Assembly: GCA_965261395.1 (NCBI GenBank)
Contig: OZ253462.1
Coordinates: forward strand, 992,001 to 1,056,000
Reading direction: 5' to 3'
Source: Candidatus Latescibacterota bacterium
Lineage (GTDB): Bacteria > Latescibacterota > UBA2968 > UBA8231
Length of the DNA: 64,000 nucleotides
Part shown: positions 1 through 9,094 of the stretch, one piece after another
Layout of the letters: each line of letters opens with the position of its first letter
Position numbering within the stretch: position 1 is the first letter of the stretch
Made by a program: the position numbers and the translations under genes
Notes under the pieces: generated by a model
The model's input: the letters and a program-made list of their open reading frames with translations, nothing else
Told to the model about the DNA's origin: nothing
The model's database searches: none

Positions 1-820
1 CGGTGGGCTGGCCGGTGGGGCTGTAGCGGAGGTCGAAGCTGATCCGCACCTGCTCGCTGACGTTGGGCAGCGACGAATGGCAAGTCCGCCGGTGCATGAA
101 GAGCACATCGCCGCGCTTCGTTTCGGCGGTGACGACGCGGTCGAGGGCTAGATCTTGGTCGCGGATAAAGTGGCCGACGCCCTTGAATAAGCAGTGGTGC
201 AACAGTCCGTCGCGATGGCTGCCGGCGACGACTTCGATGCAGCCGTGTTCGCGGAAAGCGTTGGTCAGCGGCACCCACACGGTGAGCATGTCGGTCTCGT
301 CGGCTTCGGGCAGGACCACGCCGTTATCTTGGTGCCAAGGCGTGGCTCCGACGGCGAAGCCAGCGATGCGGTCGTGGTGGTCTTTGGGTATGCCGGGCAG
401 GTACTGCTCGGGTGGTTTGATGCGGATGTGCTGGACGGGGTTGGAGTAGATTTCCGGGCCAATGAGGTTCTCGATGATGTCGAGAAGCTTTTCGTTGCGC
501 AGCATCGAGAAGGTGGCGGGGCTAACCGCGATGGGCGAGTCTGGGCAGATGCCGCCTTGGGGCAGCGAGATGTCGAAGTGCTGGGCGTGAACTTGGCCGG
601 TTTCGTTGTAGATCTGGCAGAGGCGCTCATCAAAGCCGAGGTCGGCGTAGGTGGAGGCGATCTGACCCGCGGCAAAAAGCTCGTTGGCGAGCTCGTCGAG
701 GATTTCGTCGTACTCGGCCAAAACGGGATCGATGTCGGTGGCGGGGTCGAGGAGGTCTTCGACGAGGACGAAGCCGTACTCGTGGTATTGGTCGAGTTGG
801 GATGGGGTTAGCTGGGGCAT
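1..820 (-). CDS. Phytanoyl-CoA dioxygenase (PhyH) family protein, 3' end outside window
   Basis: Not in ORF track; manual translation from ATG at 820: MPQLTPSQLDQYHEYGFVLVEDLL...TPWHQDNG...LTVWVPLT...GCIEVVAGSH (HxD and GSH motifs). Confidence 0.85.
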   Translation of the reverse strand, partial: MPQLTPSQLDQYHEYGFVLVEDLLDPATDIDPVLAEYDEILDELANELFAAGQIASTYADLGFDERLCQIYNETGQVHAQHFDISLPQGGICPDSPIAVSPATFSMLRNEKLLDIIENLIGPEIYSNPVQHIRIKPPEQYLPGIPKDHHDRIAGFAVGATPWHQDNGVVLPEADETDMLTVWVPLTNAFREHGCIEVVAGSHRDGLLHHCLFKGVGHFIRDQDLALDRVVTAETKRGDVLFMHRRTCHSSLPNVSEQVRISFDLRYSPTGQPT

Positions 821-838
821 AGATTGGATTCCTGTTTG

Positions 839-919
839 ATGCGTCATCGCGCCCTCGGCGTATTGGACGAAGGCGACATCGCGTGGTTGTGGATTGGTTC
901 ACACTACGAGTACGATTAA
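839..919 (+). pseudogene. C-terminal remnant of a RelE/ParE-like toxin
   Basis: Manual translation MRHRALGVLDEGDIAWLWIGSHYEYD* resembles the RAxG...WxWIGSHxxYD tail of small RelE/ParE-like toxins; N-terminus absent. Confidence 0.5.
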
Positions 920-1077
920 CTTCTCAAACGAATATGATGCAGGTGCCGTAACGGGTCAATCAATACAAATGTGTGGTTCGATAGAAAAAAAAGAAACATC
1001 TTCTAACACTGTACTCCTTGGGAGCCGTATGTCCCTTCCAAGCAAACCATTCCTTTACCTCCTGATAGGAGTCCGCC

Positions 1078-2301
1078 ATGAAACTCAACCGCGACGAATT
1101 TCTGGAAACCGGCTACCTCATCATCAAGGAAGCCGTGCCGCGCGACAAACTTGAAAGCGTCCGGCAGGCGTACGAGACGCTCGTCAACCGCCAGCGCGAG
1201 AACTGGAAGGCCGAGCGTGCGGCAAGTGATCCACCCGGGGGCGTCTGGGAGGCCTCGCCGCAGCCTCGCCTACAACTCTCAAGGCCGCCGCTCGTCGATC
1301 AGATCGACCGAGAGACCGCGCCGGCGGTCGAGATGTGGCTTGAAGAAAACATTCATGGGGTCAGCACAGAGCTTCTCAATATAGCGGACGGGGCCGTCAC
1401 AGAAATGATGATGATGTGCAATCCCGCCAGAGATCACGGCCCGGCAAGATGGCATCGCGATCTCCATCCGATCGACACCGCGCCACTTCAGGGCTATATC
1501 GACGACATCCTCGAAGGAGGCCCGCGCTACGTCCAATGGAACATCTCGCTTTACGACGACAGCGTCCTTTGGGTGGTGCCGGGTAGCCATCTGCGGCTGA
1601 ACACACCCGAAGAGAACGAGGTCATGTTGGCAGATCCCCGCTGCCCGCTGCCCAATGGCGTGCAGACCCATCTCGAAGCTGGTGACGGCGTCGTCTATAT
1701 CCTCCCGATCCTCCACTGGGGCAGCAATTACAGCCCCAAAATGCGGCGAACCGTGCACGGTGGTTTCTCGACCTATACTTCAATTGATGAACTCTCGTTT
1801 ACCGACCATCTCTCCCCAGACGCACAGGCGGCGTTCGCGCGCTGGAACGACCGCAGCGAGAAGATGAAGCAGCATGCGGAATCGGCGCTGCGGGCCGTGA
1901 TCGCGGGAGATGGTGCCGCGTATCTGAGTGCCTTGGACAGCCTCCATCCGGAGCGGGCCGAGAAGGGTAGGATTCTATCGACAGTCTTTCTCTGCAAGGC
2001 AGCACTGGCGATTCGGCTGCACAAGGATCCCCCGCTTAGTGGAATCGCCGAAGACCTCCGAGGTCGCGTTCTGGGGAAGCACCCCATCACGCTCAACTGG
2101 GGGCCGAAGTTCGCCGATCAATTCACCCCGGATGAGGCGCACTTGCTTTGGGATCGCTTCAGCCCGCTCGAAGCCTTGCTCCAAGCGGACGAGGAACACT
2201 TTGTGCCGGGGTTCCAGGCCATCCCAATGAAGCACTACTTCAACGAGATGCCCGCGGACTACAGCACGGCGGACTTCATCACCAGTTGGACGGCCACATG
2301 A
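1078..2301 (+). CDS. PhyH family dioxygenase with C-terminal extension
   Basis: FLETGYLII start, WHRD, VVPGSH, LHWG motifs; RBS AGGAG upstream. Confidence 0.85.
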   Translation: MKLNRDEFLETGYLIIKEAVPRDKLESVRQAYETLVNRQRENWKAERAASDPPGGVWEASPQPRLQLSRPPLVDQIDRETAPAVEMWLEENIHGVSTELLNIADGAVTEMMMMCNPARDHGPARWHRDLHPIDTAPLQGYIDDILEGGPRYVQWNISLYDDSVLWVVPGSHLRLNTPEENEVMLADPRCPLPNGVQTHLEAGDGVVYILPILHWGSNYSPKMRRTVHGGFSTYTSIDELSFTDHLSPDAQAAFARWNDRSEKMKQHAESALRAVIAGDGAAYLSALDSLHPERAEKGRILSTVFLCKAALAIRLHKDPPLSGIAEDLRGRVLGKHPITLNWGPKFADQFTPDEAHLLWDRFSPLEALLQADEEHFVPGFQAIPMKHYFNEMPADYSTADFITSWTAT

Positions 2302-2357
2302 TCCGACCGTAGTTCCGCCGATAGAGACCAGCAACTTCAACCGGGAGATAAACAAAA

Positions 2358-3377
2358 ATGAGCCAACTCAGCATCGGCGTCGCCGGACTTGGTCACGGCA
2401 GAACGCTGCTTGGTGCCAACCAGCCGGAAAACAGCGCTTTGCCGGTCCGCGTCACCGCTCTGTGCGACAAGCAGCAGGACAAGCTCGAAGCGCTTGGCCG
2501 CGAATTTGGAATCGACGCCCTTACCTCTGATTTCGACGAACTAGTCGCGCGAAGCGACCTCGACATCATCGGCATTTACACGCCCGGACCGCTCCACGCG
2601 CAGCAGATCCTGACCGCGCTCGACGCGGGCAAGCACGTGATGGTCACCAAGTCGATGGTGTACACGATGGAAGAAGTGGAGCAGGTTGTGGAAGCTGTTG
2701 ACCGATCCGGCAAGGTGCTACTCGTCACGCAGAGTCTGCGCGGGAGGTATGACTTCATCGAAGCGAAGCGCGCCTGCGATGCCGGAGAAATCGGCGAACT
2801 CTTCATGGCCGAAGCCCACTACGTTCACGATCTCCGCCCGGTCTATACCTACTCCCCTTGGCGGGTTGAGATGCCGCAAGATCTGATCTTGGGCGGTGCC
2901 TGCCACCCGATTGATCTTTTGCGCTGGTTCATGGGCGACATCGACGAAGTCCACTGTTACGGGCTGCGCAGCGGCGTCGCACCGGACTATCCCCAGGAGG
3001 ACAACTTCGTCATCAACGCGAAGTTCACATCCGGCAAGATCGGACGTATTGCGAACTTCCTTGGAATCGTACACCCGCACGATGTCCCGACGAACAGTCT
3101 GACCGTTTACGGTACCCGTGGCACAATTCTCAATGGCATAAAAAGCCTCGATCCAACCGGCGACCTGCCCTCGCGCAAGGTCACCGCCGAGTTTTCATCC
3201 ATGCGGGGCCACGCCAGCGAGATGATCGTCATGCTGCGGCACATGGCAGATTGTGTCCTCAACGGCACGAAGCCCTGGGTCGGCGTTCGAGAAGGGGCCA
3301 AGGTCGTCGCCACAGGACTTGCGTGTTGGGCCTCCGTTAGATCGGGGATGCCGGAGAAAGTGCGGAATGCTTTCTGA
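2358..3377 (+). CDS. Gfo/Idh/MocA oxidoreductase
   Basis: GVAGLGHG Rossmann motif, AGKHV, ACHPID. Confidence 0.9.
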   Translation: MSQLSIGVAGLGHGRTLLGANQPENSALPVRVTALCDKQQDKLEALGREFGIDALTSDFDELVARSDLDIIGIYTPGPLHAQQILTALDAGKHVMVTKSMVYTMEEVEQVVEAVDRSGKVLLVTQSLRGRYDFIEAKRACDAGEIGELFMAEAHYVHDLRPVYTYSPWRVEMPQDLILGGACHPIDLLRWFMGDIDEVHCYGLRSGVAPDYPQEDNFVINAKFTSGKIGRIANFLGIVHPHDVPTNSLTVYGTRGTILNGIKSLDPTGDLPSRKVTAEFSSMRGHASEMIVMLRHMADCVLNGTKPWVGVREGAKVVATGLACWASVRSGMPEKVRNAF

Positions 3378-3421
3378 AAGGTTGAGGTTTTCACGCTCAC
3401 GACTGTAGATGGGAGGCTTGC

Positions 3422-3561
3422 ATGCCCGTTTGTATTCCCCAAGACGCCAAGCGCATCATGCCGGATCTGTTGCGCGATGTATCCCACTGACCGAAGAACA
3501 TCTCGACCTGTTGCAGCGCATTGCCACAGAGATCAATGTCTCCGTTCCTTGGGAGTCATAA
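3422..3561 (+). pseudogene. Internally deleted gene remnant, possibly Ldh_2 (YjmC-like) oxidoreductase
   Basis: GGAGG RBS + ATG giving MPVCIPQDAKRIMPDLLRD, then a frameshifted IPLTEEHLDLLQRIATEINVSVPWES* resembling an Ldh_2 C-terminus. Confidence 0.4.
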
Positions 3562-3595
3562 ACGGACAATAACACGGCGATACGGGGGAAAGTGG

Positions 3596-4031
3596 TTAAA
3601 GGCCGTACCACTCTCTCGGGGCCGTAGGATGGAAGTCATAGCGATCGACGCCGAGCGCCTGAAGAACGCCGCGCTCGACGAGAGAAAAGTCGGCAGGATC
3701 CTCGCGGTTGAAGTTTAGGGGTTCTTTGAGGGCGACGGGGGGATTGGTCATGAAGCGGGGGCGACCCGATGGATTGGGGGAGGAGGCGTGGAGGGTAAGC
3801 GGAAGTTGATGATGAAAGCGTCGGACCAGTGGAAGGATTCGACCGAAGAGGAGTGTGGTCTAAGTAGCGGATCGGCTCGGTCCAGGTGGTGGGATCGTCG
3901 GGGTCGTAGCCGAGGCGCTCATAGGCGTGGTCCATGAGCGGCTGGGCCAAGTCATGGGTGAAGCAGCCGGGGATGGTGACGTAGCCCTTGGCGAGGAAAT
4001 GGTCGGCTTCGGCGGGAGTGAGGGTTTGCAT
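3596..4031 (-). pseudogene. PhyH-like pseudogene with two internal deletions/frameshifts
   Basis: Three protein-like fragments in different frames: MQTLTPAEADHFLAKGYV...IRYLDH / VESFHWSDAFIINFRL / TLHASSPNPSGRPRFMTNPPVALKEPLNFNR...WYGL*. Confidence 0.7.
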
Positions 4032-4064
4032 GGCCAACGGCGGGAATCTCCAGCGCGGACCGAT

Positions 4065-4730
4065 CTACCCTTCAAAAGCGAGTACGCGCAGTGGGATAGC
4101 GTCGGTTTCGGCGGCCGGCAGCGGCTGGGCGAAAAGGTAAACGCGAGGTTGTCTCAGGTCGCCTAAGCGGTCCAGGCTCTCGATTAGGGGAATGCCGTGC
4201 GCGAAGAGTAGGTGGTGGTTGGGCAGGCTGCGGTCGCCCGGAATATCTAAGCCGGGCGTGTCGATGCCGACCAGTTTGACGCCTGCTTCGACGAGCCAGC
4301 GCAAGGCTGCGGTCGTGGGGTAAGGCGGATAGGAACCAGTGGTAGCCCGTTGATCCCAATCAAAGCGAAAGAGTGCAATGTCCCCCGGGCGGATACCTCC
4401 ACCTGGGTCGGCGACCCGTTGGAATTGCTCCGGCGAAAGCGGCTCGCCCAGCGGAGCATCGCTAAAGTCGAAGACGATCGCCTCGCCAAAAAAGCGCTCC
4501 ACATCGAGGTCGGCGATGGCCGGGCCGTCTTGGACGGCGTGCAAAGGCCCTTCGACATGGGTGCCGGTGTGGCCGCCCATTTCGATGCTGGTGGTGATAT
4601 ACCAGCGATCGGTCGGTGGATCATCGACGGGTACGCGTGCCGTGCGGTAGTGGATGAGGCGACCCTCCGACGGACTGATGGTCCGCGAGAGGTCCACCAT
4701 GCGGCTGTAGGCGAAGGAGGGAACCTTCAC
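4065..4730 (-). CDS. Cyclase / kynurenine formamidase family metal hydrolase
   Basis: HTGTHVEGPLH, GIDT, HHLLF...IESL motifs. Confidence 0.9.
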   Translation of the reverse strand: MKVPSFAYSRMVDLSRTISPSEGRLIHYRTARVPVDDPPTDRWYITTSIEMGGHTGTHVEGPLHAVQDGPAIADLDVERFFGEAIVFDFSDAPLGEPLSPEQFQRVADPGGGIRPGDIALFRFDWDQRATTGSYPPYPTTAALRWLVEAGVKLVGIDTPGLDIPGDRSLPNHHLLFAHGIPLIESLDRLGDLRQPRVYLFAQPLPAAETDAIPLRVLAFEG

Positions 4731-5509
4731 GCGATAGCTTTCTTGAGGGCGATCGCGGTCTCGCCGTCGTCGGCATAGGCCGGCAGGGCGCCGCTCAGCG
4801 TTACGCGCCCATCGTAGCCGGATGTGCGCAATGCGTGTAGAAAGAGCGCGTGGTCGGCTGGCGTGGTTTGCGGTCGCCCGCGCCCCGGCTCGGCAATGTG
4901 GGCGTGGATCAGGTGCGGCCCGGCTTCTTCGAGCGCGTCGAAGGACTCGCCGTTGAGCTTCATGTGAAAGAAGTCGGCCATCAGCTTGGCATGCGAGCGG
5001 TCAACTTCCTTTATGAACTCGGTCGCTTCGGAGACGGTATTGAGCAGGTTGGCGTCGTCGCGGTTATAGGGCTCAAGCGCGACCTTGACGCCCCTCGGTT
5101 CGCCGAGGTCGGCGCACAGGTGCAAGAAGTCGGCGACCTGTTGGCGAGCTTTGTTGCGGTCGAAACCCTCGGGCACCCAACGCGAGCCACCGCTCCCGTA
5201 GCCGATGACCTCGACTCCAGCCCGTTGCATAAGGTCGAAGACCCGCGTGACAAAAGTACGCAGCCGATCCAAGCTCACGTCGGGGCCGACGACCATCAGC
5301 CCGCGCCCCTGCGGGTCGCCAATAAAGCCGCACATCGTCTTCATCTGTAGTGGGTGTTTTTCTAAAAGCGCTGAGTACTCGCGCTCGGCCGCTTGTGGAT
5401 CGTCGGCATCGATACCGAGCAGACCGGGGGAGCCTTCGAGATAGTCGAAATCCCAGTCGGCGGACTCTTCAAGCTCTTGACGATTGGTAACTAAGAGGCC
5501 GATCTGCAT
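4727..5509 (-). CDS. Sugar phosphate isomerase/epimerase (xylose isomerase-like TIM barrel)
   Basis: ALEPYN, DFFHM, HAHIAE motifs; start placed at ATG 5509 (MQIGLL). Confidence 0.85.
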   Translation of the reverse strand: MQIGLLVTNRQELEESADWDFDYLEGSPGLLGIDADDPQAAEREYSALLEKHPLQMKTMCGFIGDPQGRGLMVVGPDVSLDRLRTFVTRVFDLMQRAGVEVIGYGSGGSRWVPEGFDRNKARQQVADFLHLCADLGEPRGVKVALEPYNRDDANLLNTVSEATEFIKEVDRSHAKLMADFFHMKLNGESFDALEEAGPHLIHAHIAEPGRGRPQTTPADHALFLHALRTSGYDGRVTLSGALPAYADDGETAIALKKAIA

Positions 5510-5511
5510 GG

Positions 5512-6597
5512 CTATTTGTCCCTGACCCAGCTCATGCCCTCGCCGCGCACCAGAAAGGAGCGCTCGTCCCAATGGCCGGGTCGGGTGACGGGGATACGGC
5601 CCTCCTCGACGGCGACGTCGAGCGGGTTCGCGCGGGTTTGCAGCGGCAGGGCCACGCGCTCGTGCAGCCTAGCCGACTCATAGACGCCCATCATGATCTC
5701 GGTGGCGGCTTTGCCGTGCTCGGCCTTGCCATAGTAGTCCTCAAAATCGCCCTCGATCCAGCGGCAGATCCCGTAGGCCTGATCGACGAAGGCGTTGCCG
5801 TAGCCGCTGGCTTTGTCGGTAGGCGCGAAGTCCTGCCAGCCGCCGGAGCTGGTCGTCATGTAGCGCAGGCTGTTGTCGCTGACGACCATCATGCCGTCTT
5901 CGCCGTAGATGGTAGCACCCACCTGATAAATATCGTTCATCTCGTTTTCGATCACGCCTTCGACCCCGTTGGGATAGCCGATGATCCCGACGCAGCGATC
6001 TTCGACCCGGTGGCCGAAGACAAAGTGATCGGTGTGGCGCTCGACCGAGCCCATGACCCACTCGGCCTGCGGGTCGCCGAGGGCGTAGAGCTGGAAGTCG
6101 ATGCAGTGGGTGCCGGTGTTCATCATCCCGGCCTTAACCGCCGACCACAGCCGCTGCGGCTTGCCGATGGCTCCATCGGCAAGCCGCAGCGCCTCGCGCC
6201 AACAAAAGTAAAAGCGGCGCTGGTGGCCGATAGCCAGTTTGACGTTGTTGCGCTGAGCAGCAATGACCATGGCCTCGGCCTCGCCCAAGGAGACGGCCAT
6301 GGGCTTTTCGCAGAGCACGGCTTTGGGTCGGCGGGCGCAGGCGGCAATGGACATTTCCGCGTGTTGGGGGTCCCAAGAGCAGACGCTGACGATGTCGAGG
6401 TTTTCCACGTCGAGCATCTCTCGGTAGTCGAGATACTGCTTTTCGACGTTGAAGTCCGCGGCGTAGCTAGCCAAGGCTTCGGGATGCGCGTCGGCGATGG
6501 CGGCTATTTCAGTGTGTTCGCACTCGGCCCAGCCGCGGCCGTGCTCGCGGGCAATGCGGCCGGAGGCAATGACGCCAACGCGATATTTGGCAGGCAT
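5512..6597 (-). CDS. Gfo/Idh/MocA oxidoreductase
   Basis: CEKPMA, GHQRRF, GTHCID motifs. Confidence 0.9.
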   Translation of the reverse strand: MPAKYRVGVIASGRIAREHGRGWAECEHTEIAAIADAHPEALASYAADFNVEKQYLDYREMLDVENLDIVSVCSWDPQHAEMSIAACARRPKAVLCEKPMAVSLGEAEAMVIAAQRNNVKLAIGHQRRFYFCWREALRLADGAIGKPQRLWSAVKAGMMNTGTHCIDFQLYALGDPQAEWVMGSVERHTDHFVFGHRVEDRCVGIIGYPNGVEGVIENEMNDIYQVGATIYGEDGMMVVSDNSLRYMTTSSGGWQDFAPTDKASGYGNAFVDQAYGICRWIEGDFEDYYGKAEHGKAATEIMMGVYESARLHERVALPLQTRANPLDVAVEEGRIPVTRPGHWDERSFLVRGEGMSWVRDK

Positions 6598-6658
6598 AGA
6601 GTCCTTTCGGCTTGAATGCGAAGTCGCCTTCCGTCCGGTTCGTTTCTATGGCCAACTT

Positions 6659-6684
6659 CGGGCAACCACAGGGGTTGCCCCTAC
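6659..6684. repeat. GTAG-type REP-like palindrome
   Basis: gggcaacc-acagg-ggttgccc-ctac; its GTAG (minus strand) contains the TAG stop of the SPFH gene. Confidence 0.7.
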
Positions 6685-7595
6685 TTGACGTCGCCTAGGT
6701 GCATCAGCGGCAGCGGTGACGGGCTATCGCCGTTGAGGAAGTAAATCTTGGCGGCCGGGTCTTTGGAGATGGCTTGCAGGGCTTCGAGTGCCTGGAGCTT
6801 GACGTAGTTGGGATTTTTGCCGATGGCCTCGTTGATCGTGGTGATCTCGTAGGCCCGGGCGTCAGCGAGCAGGCGACGCTTCTCGGCTTCGGCTGAGGCG
6901 GCGTCCTTTTCGGCTATGGCTAGGGCGATTTTTTGCTGCTGCTCGGTGTCGTAGCGCTCGAGCTCGGCCTTTTGTTTTTCGACCTCCTGCTCGCGCTCCT
7001 TCTTGGACTCAATGGCCTTAGTGATAAAGGGCGGCAATGTGATATCGCGGATCAGCACGGCCTCTACCGCGACCCCCTTGGTACCCAGATAGTCCTTCAA
7101 CCCTTCGAGTAGCGCTATCTGCAGGGTGTTCTGGGTCTCTTCGAGGAAGAAGTCCTCGGCGCGCTTGATGGTCTTGCCCTGTTCGCGGATCTGCGAGCGC
7201 AGCTTAGGCACGATGTGTACGGCGAGCACATCGTTGATAGAGCCGGTCTCTTTTAAGATACTTGGCGTTTGGTGGCCGACGATGCGATACTGGACGCTGA
7301 CGTCGATTCTGGTCTGTAGCTGGTCCTGGCTGGGGACGTTGGAGGTTTCGGAGTGGGTCTTCTGGCGCACGTCGTATAAGTACCATTGGTAGAGCGGGTT
7401 GACCGGGATTCTCAAGCCCTCGCTAAAGTGTTTGGGCTGGACTTCGCCGAAGAGGGTGGCGACGCCCACGTGGCCGGCCGGGATGCTTTGGTAGAAGCGC
7501 GGGGTGATGAGGAAGACGAGGAAGACGCCGACGATGATGGCGATGATGGACTTAGGGAGCTGGATCATGGGGGGCCTCCTTACGGGCTGGGACAT
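6681..7595 (-). CDS. SPFH/prohibitin (band 7) family protein
   Basis: N-terminal TM, IPAGHVGVATLFG, DVSVQYRI, LIRDITLP, coiled-coil tail. Confidence 0.9.
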   Translation of the reverse strand: MSQPVRRPPMIQLPKSIIAIIVGVFLVFLITPRFYQSIPAGHVGVATLFGEVQPKHFSEGLRIPVNPLYQWYLYDVRQKTHSETSNVPSQDQLQTRIDVSVQYRIVGHQTPSILKETGSINDVLAVHIVPKLRSQIREQGKTIKRAEDFFLEETQNTLQIALLEGLKDYLGTKGVAVEAVLIRDITLPPFITKAIESKKEREQEVEKQKAELERYDTEQQQKIALAIAEKDAASAEAEKRRLLADARAYEITTINEAIGKNPNYVKLQALEALQAISKDPAAKIYFLNGDSPSPLPLMHLGDVK

Positions 7596-7714
7596 TTCTT
7601 CCTACCTTTAATCGGGTGGGGGGGAGATCAGTAGCCTAGAAGGTAAATCCTTCACCTATAAATGTCCATTAAAACACCCAAGACTATATACTCGGCTGCA
7701 AACGGGCGGACCTC

Positions 7715-9094
7715 GTGCTCCTGACCATAAGTACGGTCCATCAGCCCGCCACGGACTTAGGCTATCTCCTGCACAAGCACCCGGGCCGCGCCCAAGCCCT
7801 TGAATTGCCCTTTGGGACGGCACACGTCTTCTATCCAGAAGCCTCGTCTGAGCGATGCACGGCCGCGTTGCTCCTCGACGTAGATCCAACCGCGCTCAAG
7901 CGGAGTTCGGCATCTCCCGACTTCGCGCTGGCGTCTTATGTCAACGACCGACCCTACGCGGCCTCGTCTTTTACCAGCGTAGCCATTGCCCGAGTGTTTA
8001 CCTCGGCCTTGAACGGACAGTGCCGCGAACGGGCCGAGCTAGTAGAAAAAGCCCTGCCGCTGCGAGTGGGAGTTAGCGCGCTGCCCTGCCGGGGGGGCGA
8101 GGACTTGTTGCGCAGCCTCTTTGAGCCGTTGGGATATGCGGTGGAGGCTAGCGGCTCCTTACTCGACGAGCATTTTCCAGCGTGGGGAAATGGCCCCTAT
8201 TACGAGGTCGAGCTACAGTGCGTGCGGCCATTAAAAGAAGTGCTGGCGCATTTGTATGTGCTGATACCGGTGCTCGACGACGAGAAGCACTACTACGTGG
8301 GGGAGGAAGAGATCGACAAGCTGATGAGGCGAGGCGGGGAATGGCTGGCAGGCCACCCGCTGCGCGACCTAGTTGTTGAGCGCTACTTAAAGCACCAGCG
8401 AGGTCTGAAGCAGGCCGCGCTGTCGCGGCTTTTGGTAGAGGAAGCAGGGGAGGCCGAAAACCACGCGGGCGAAGAGGCACTCGAAGCGGAGCTGAGCTTG
8501 AACCAACAGCGCTTGGCCGCGGTGTTCGAGGAGCTCAAGGCGAGCGGCGCCCGGCGGGTGCTGGACCTCGGCTGTGGGGAGGGGCGACTGCTCGCGCTGT
8601 TGGCGGCGGAAGTGCAGTTCACCGAAGTGGCGGGGATGGATGTGTCGCCGCAAGCCCTGTCGCGTGCTCACAGGCGGCTAGAGAGGCTGCCACGCGGCGA
8701 ACAGGTCTCGGTTTTTCAGGGGTCGCTGGCCTATCGCGATGCCCGGTTGAGCGGGTACGACGCCGCGGCGCTGGTGGAAGTCATCGAGCATTTGGATCCG
8801 CCGCAGCTACGGGCCTGCGAGCGGGCTGTGTTTGAGTTCGCCCGTCCCGCTACGGTAGTGATAACCACTCCCAACGCCGACTACAATGCCCATTGGGACG
8901 CGCTGCCAGCCGGTGCATTCCGCCATCCCGACCACCGCTTTGAATGGCGGCGAGCGGAATTCGGGGCGTGGGCAGAGCAGGTGGGGAACCGCTATGGATA
9001 TGCCGTGCGCATGGTGCCCGTCGGCCCGGAGGACCCCGAGCTAGGCGCGCCGACGCAGATGGCGATTTTCTCTGCGGAGGGCACTGGTGGCTGA
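7715..9094 (+). CDS. hen1: 3'-terminal RNA ribose 2'-O-methyltransferase Hen1
   Basis: MLLTIST..PATDLGYLLHKHP N-terminus, YVNDRPY, DLGCGEG SAM motif, EVIEHL, FRHPDHRFEW. Confidence 0.95.
   Translation: MLLTISTVHQPATDLGYLLHKHPGRAQALELPFGTAHVFYPEASSERCTAALLLDVDPTALKRSSASPDFALASYVNDRPYAASSFTSVAIARVFTSALNGQCRERAELVEKALPLRVGVSALPCRGGEDLLRSLFEPLGYAVEASGSLLDEHFPAWGNGPYYEVELQCVRPLKEVLAHLYVLIPVLDDEKHYYVGEEEIDKLMRRGGEWLAGHPLRDLVVERYLKHQRGLKQAALSRLLVEEAGEAENHAGEEALEAELSLNQQRLAAVFEELKASGARRVLDLGCGEGRLLALLAAEVQFTEVAGMDVSPQALSRAHRRLERLPRGEQVSVFQGSLAYRDARLSGYDAAALVEVIEHLDPPQLRACERAVFEFARPATVVITTPNADYNAHWDALPAGAFRHPDHRFEWRRAEFGAWAEQVGNRYGYAVRMVPVGPEDPELGAPTQMAIFSAEGTGG

Noticed and set aside
194-811. 205-aa plus-strand ORF and similar long antisense ORFs (5572..6615, 9996..10796, 16820..17818, 51725..52447)
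   Set aside because: Shadow frames of recognisable genes in high-GC DNA, with no motifs of their own
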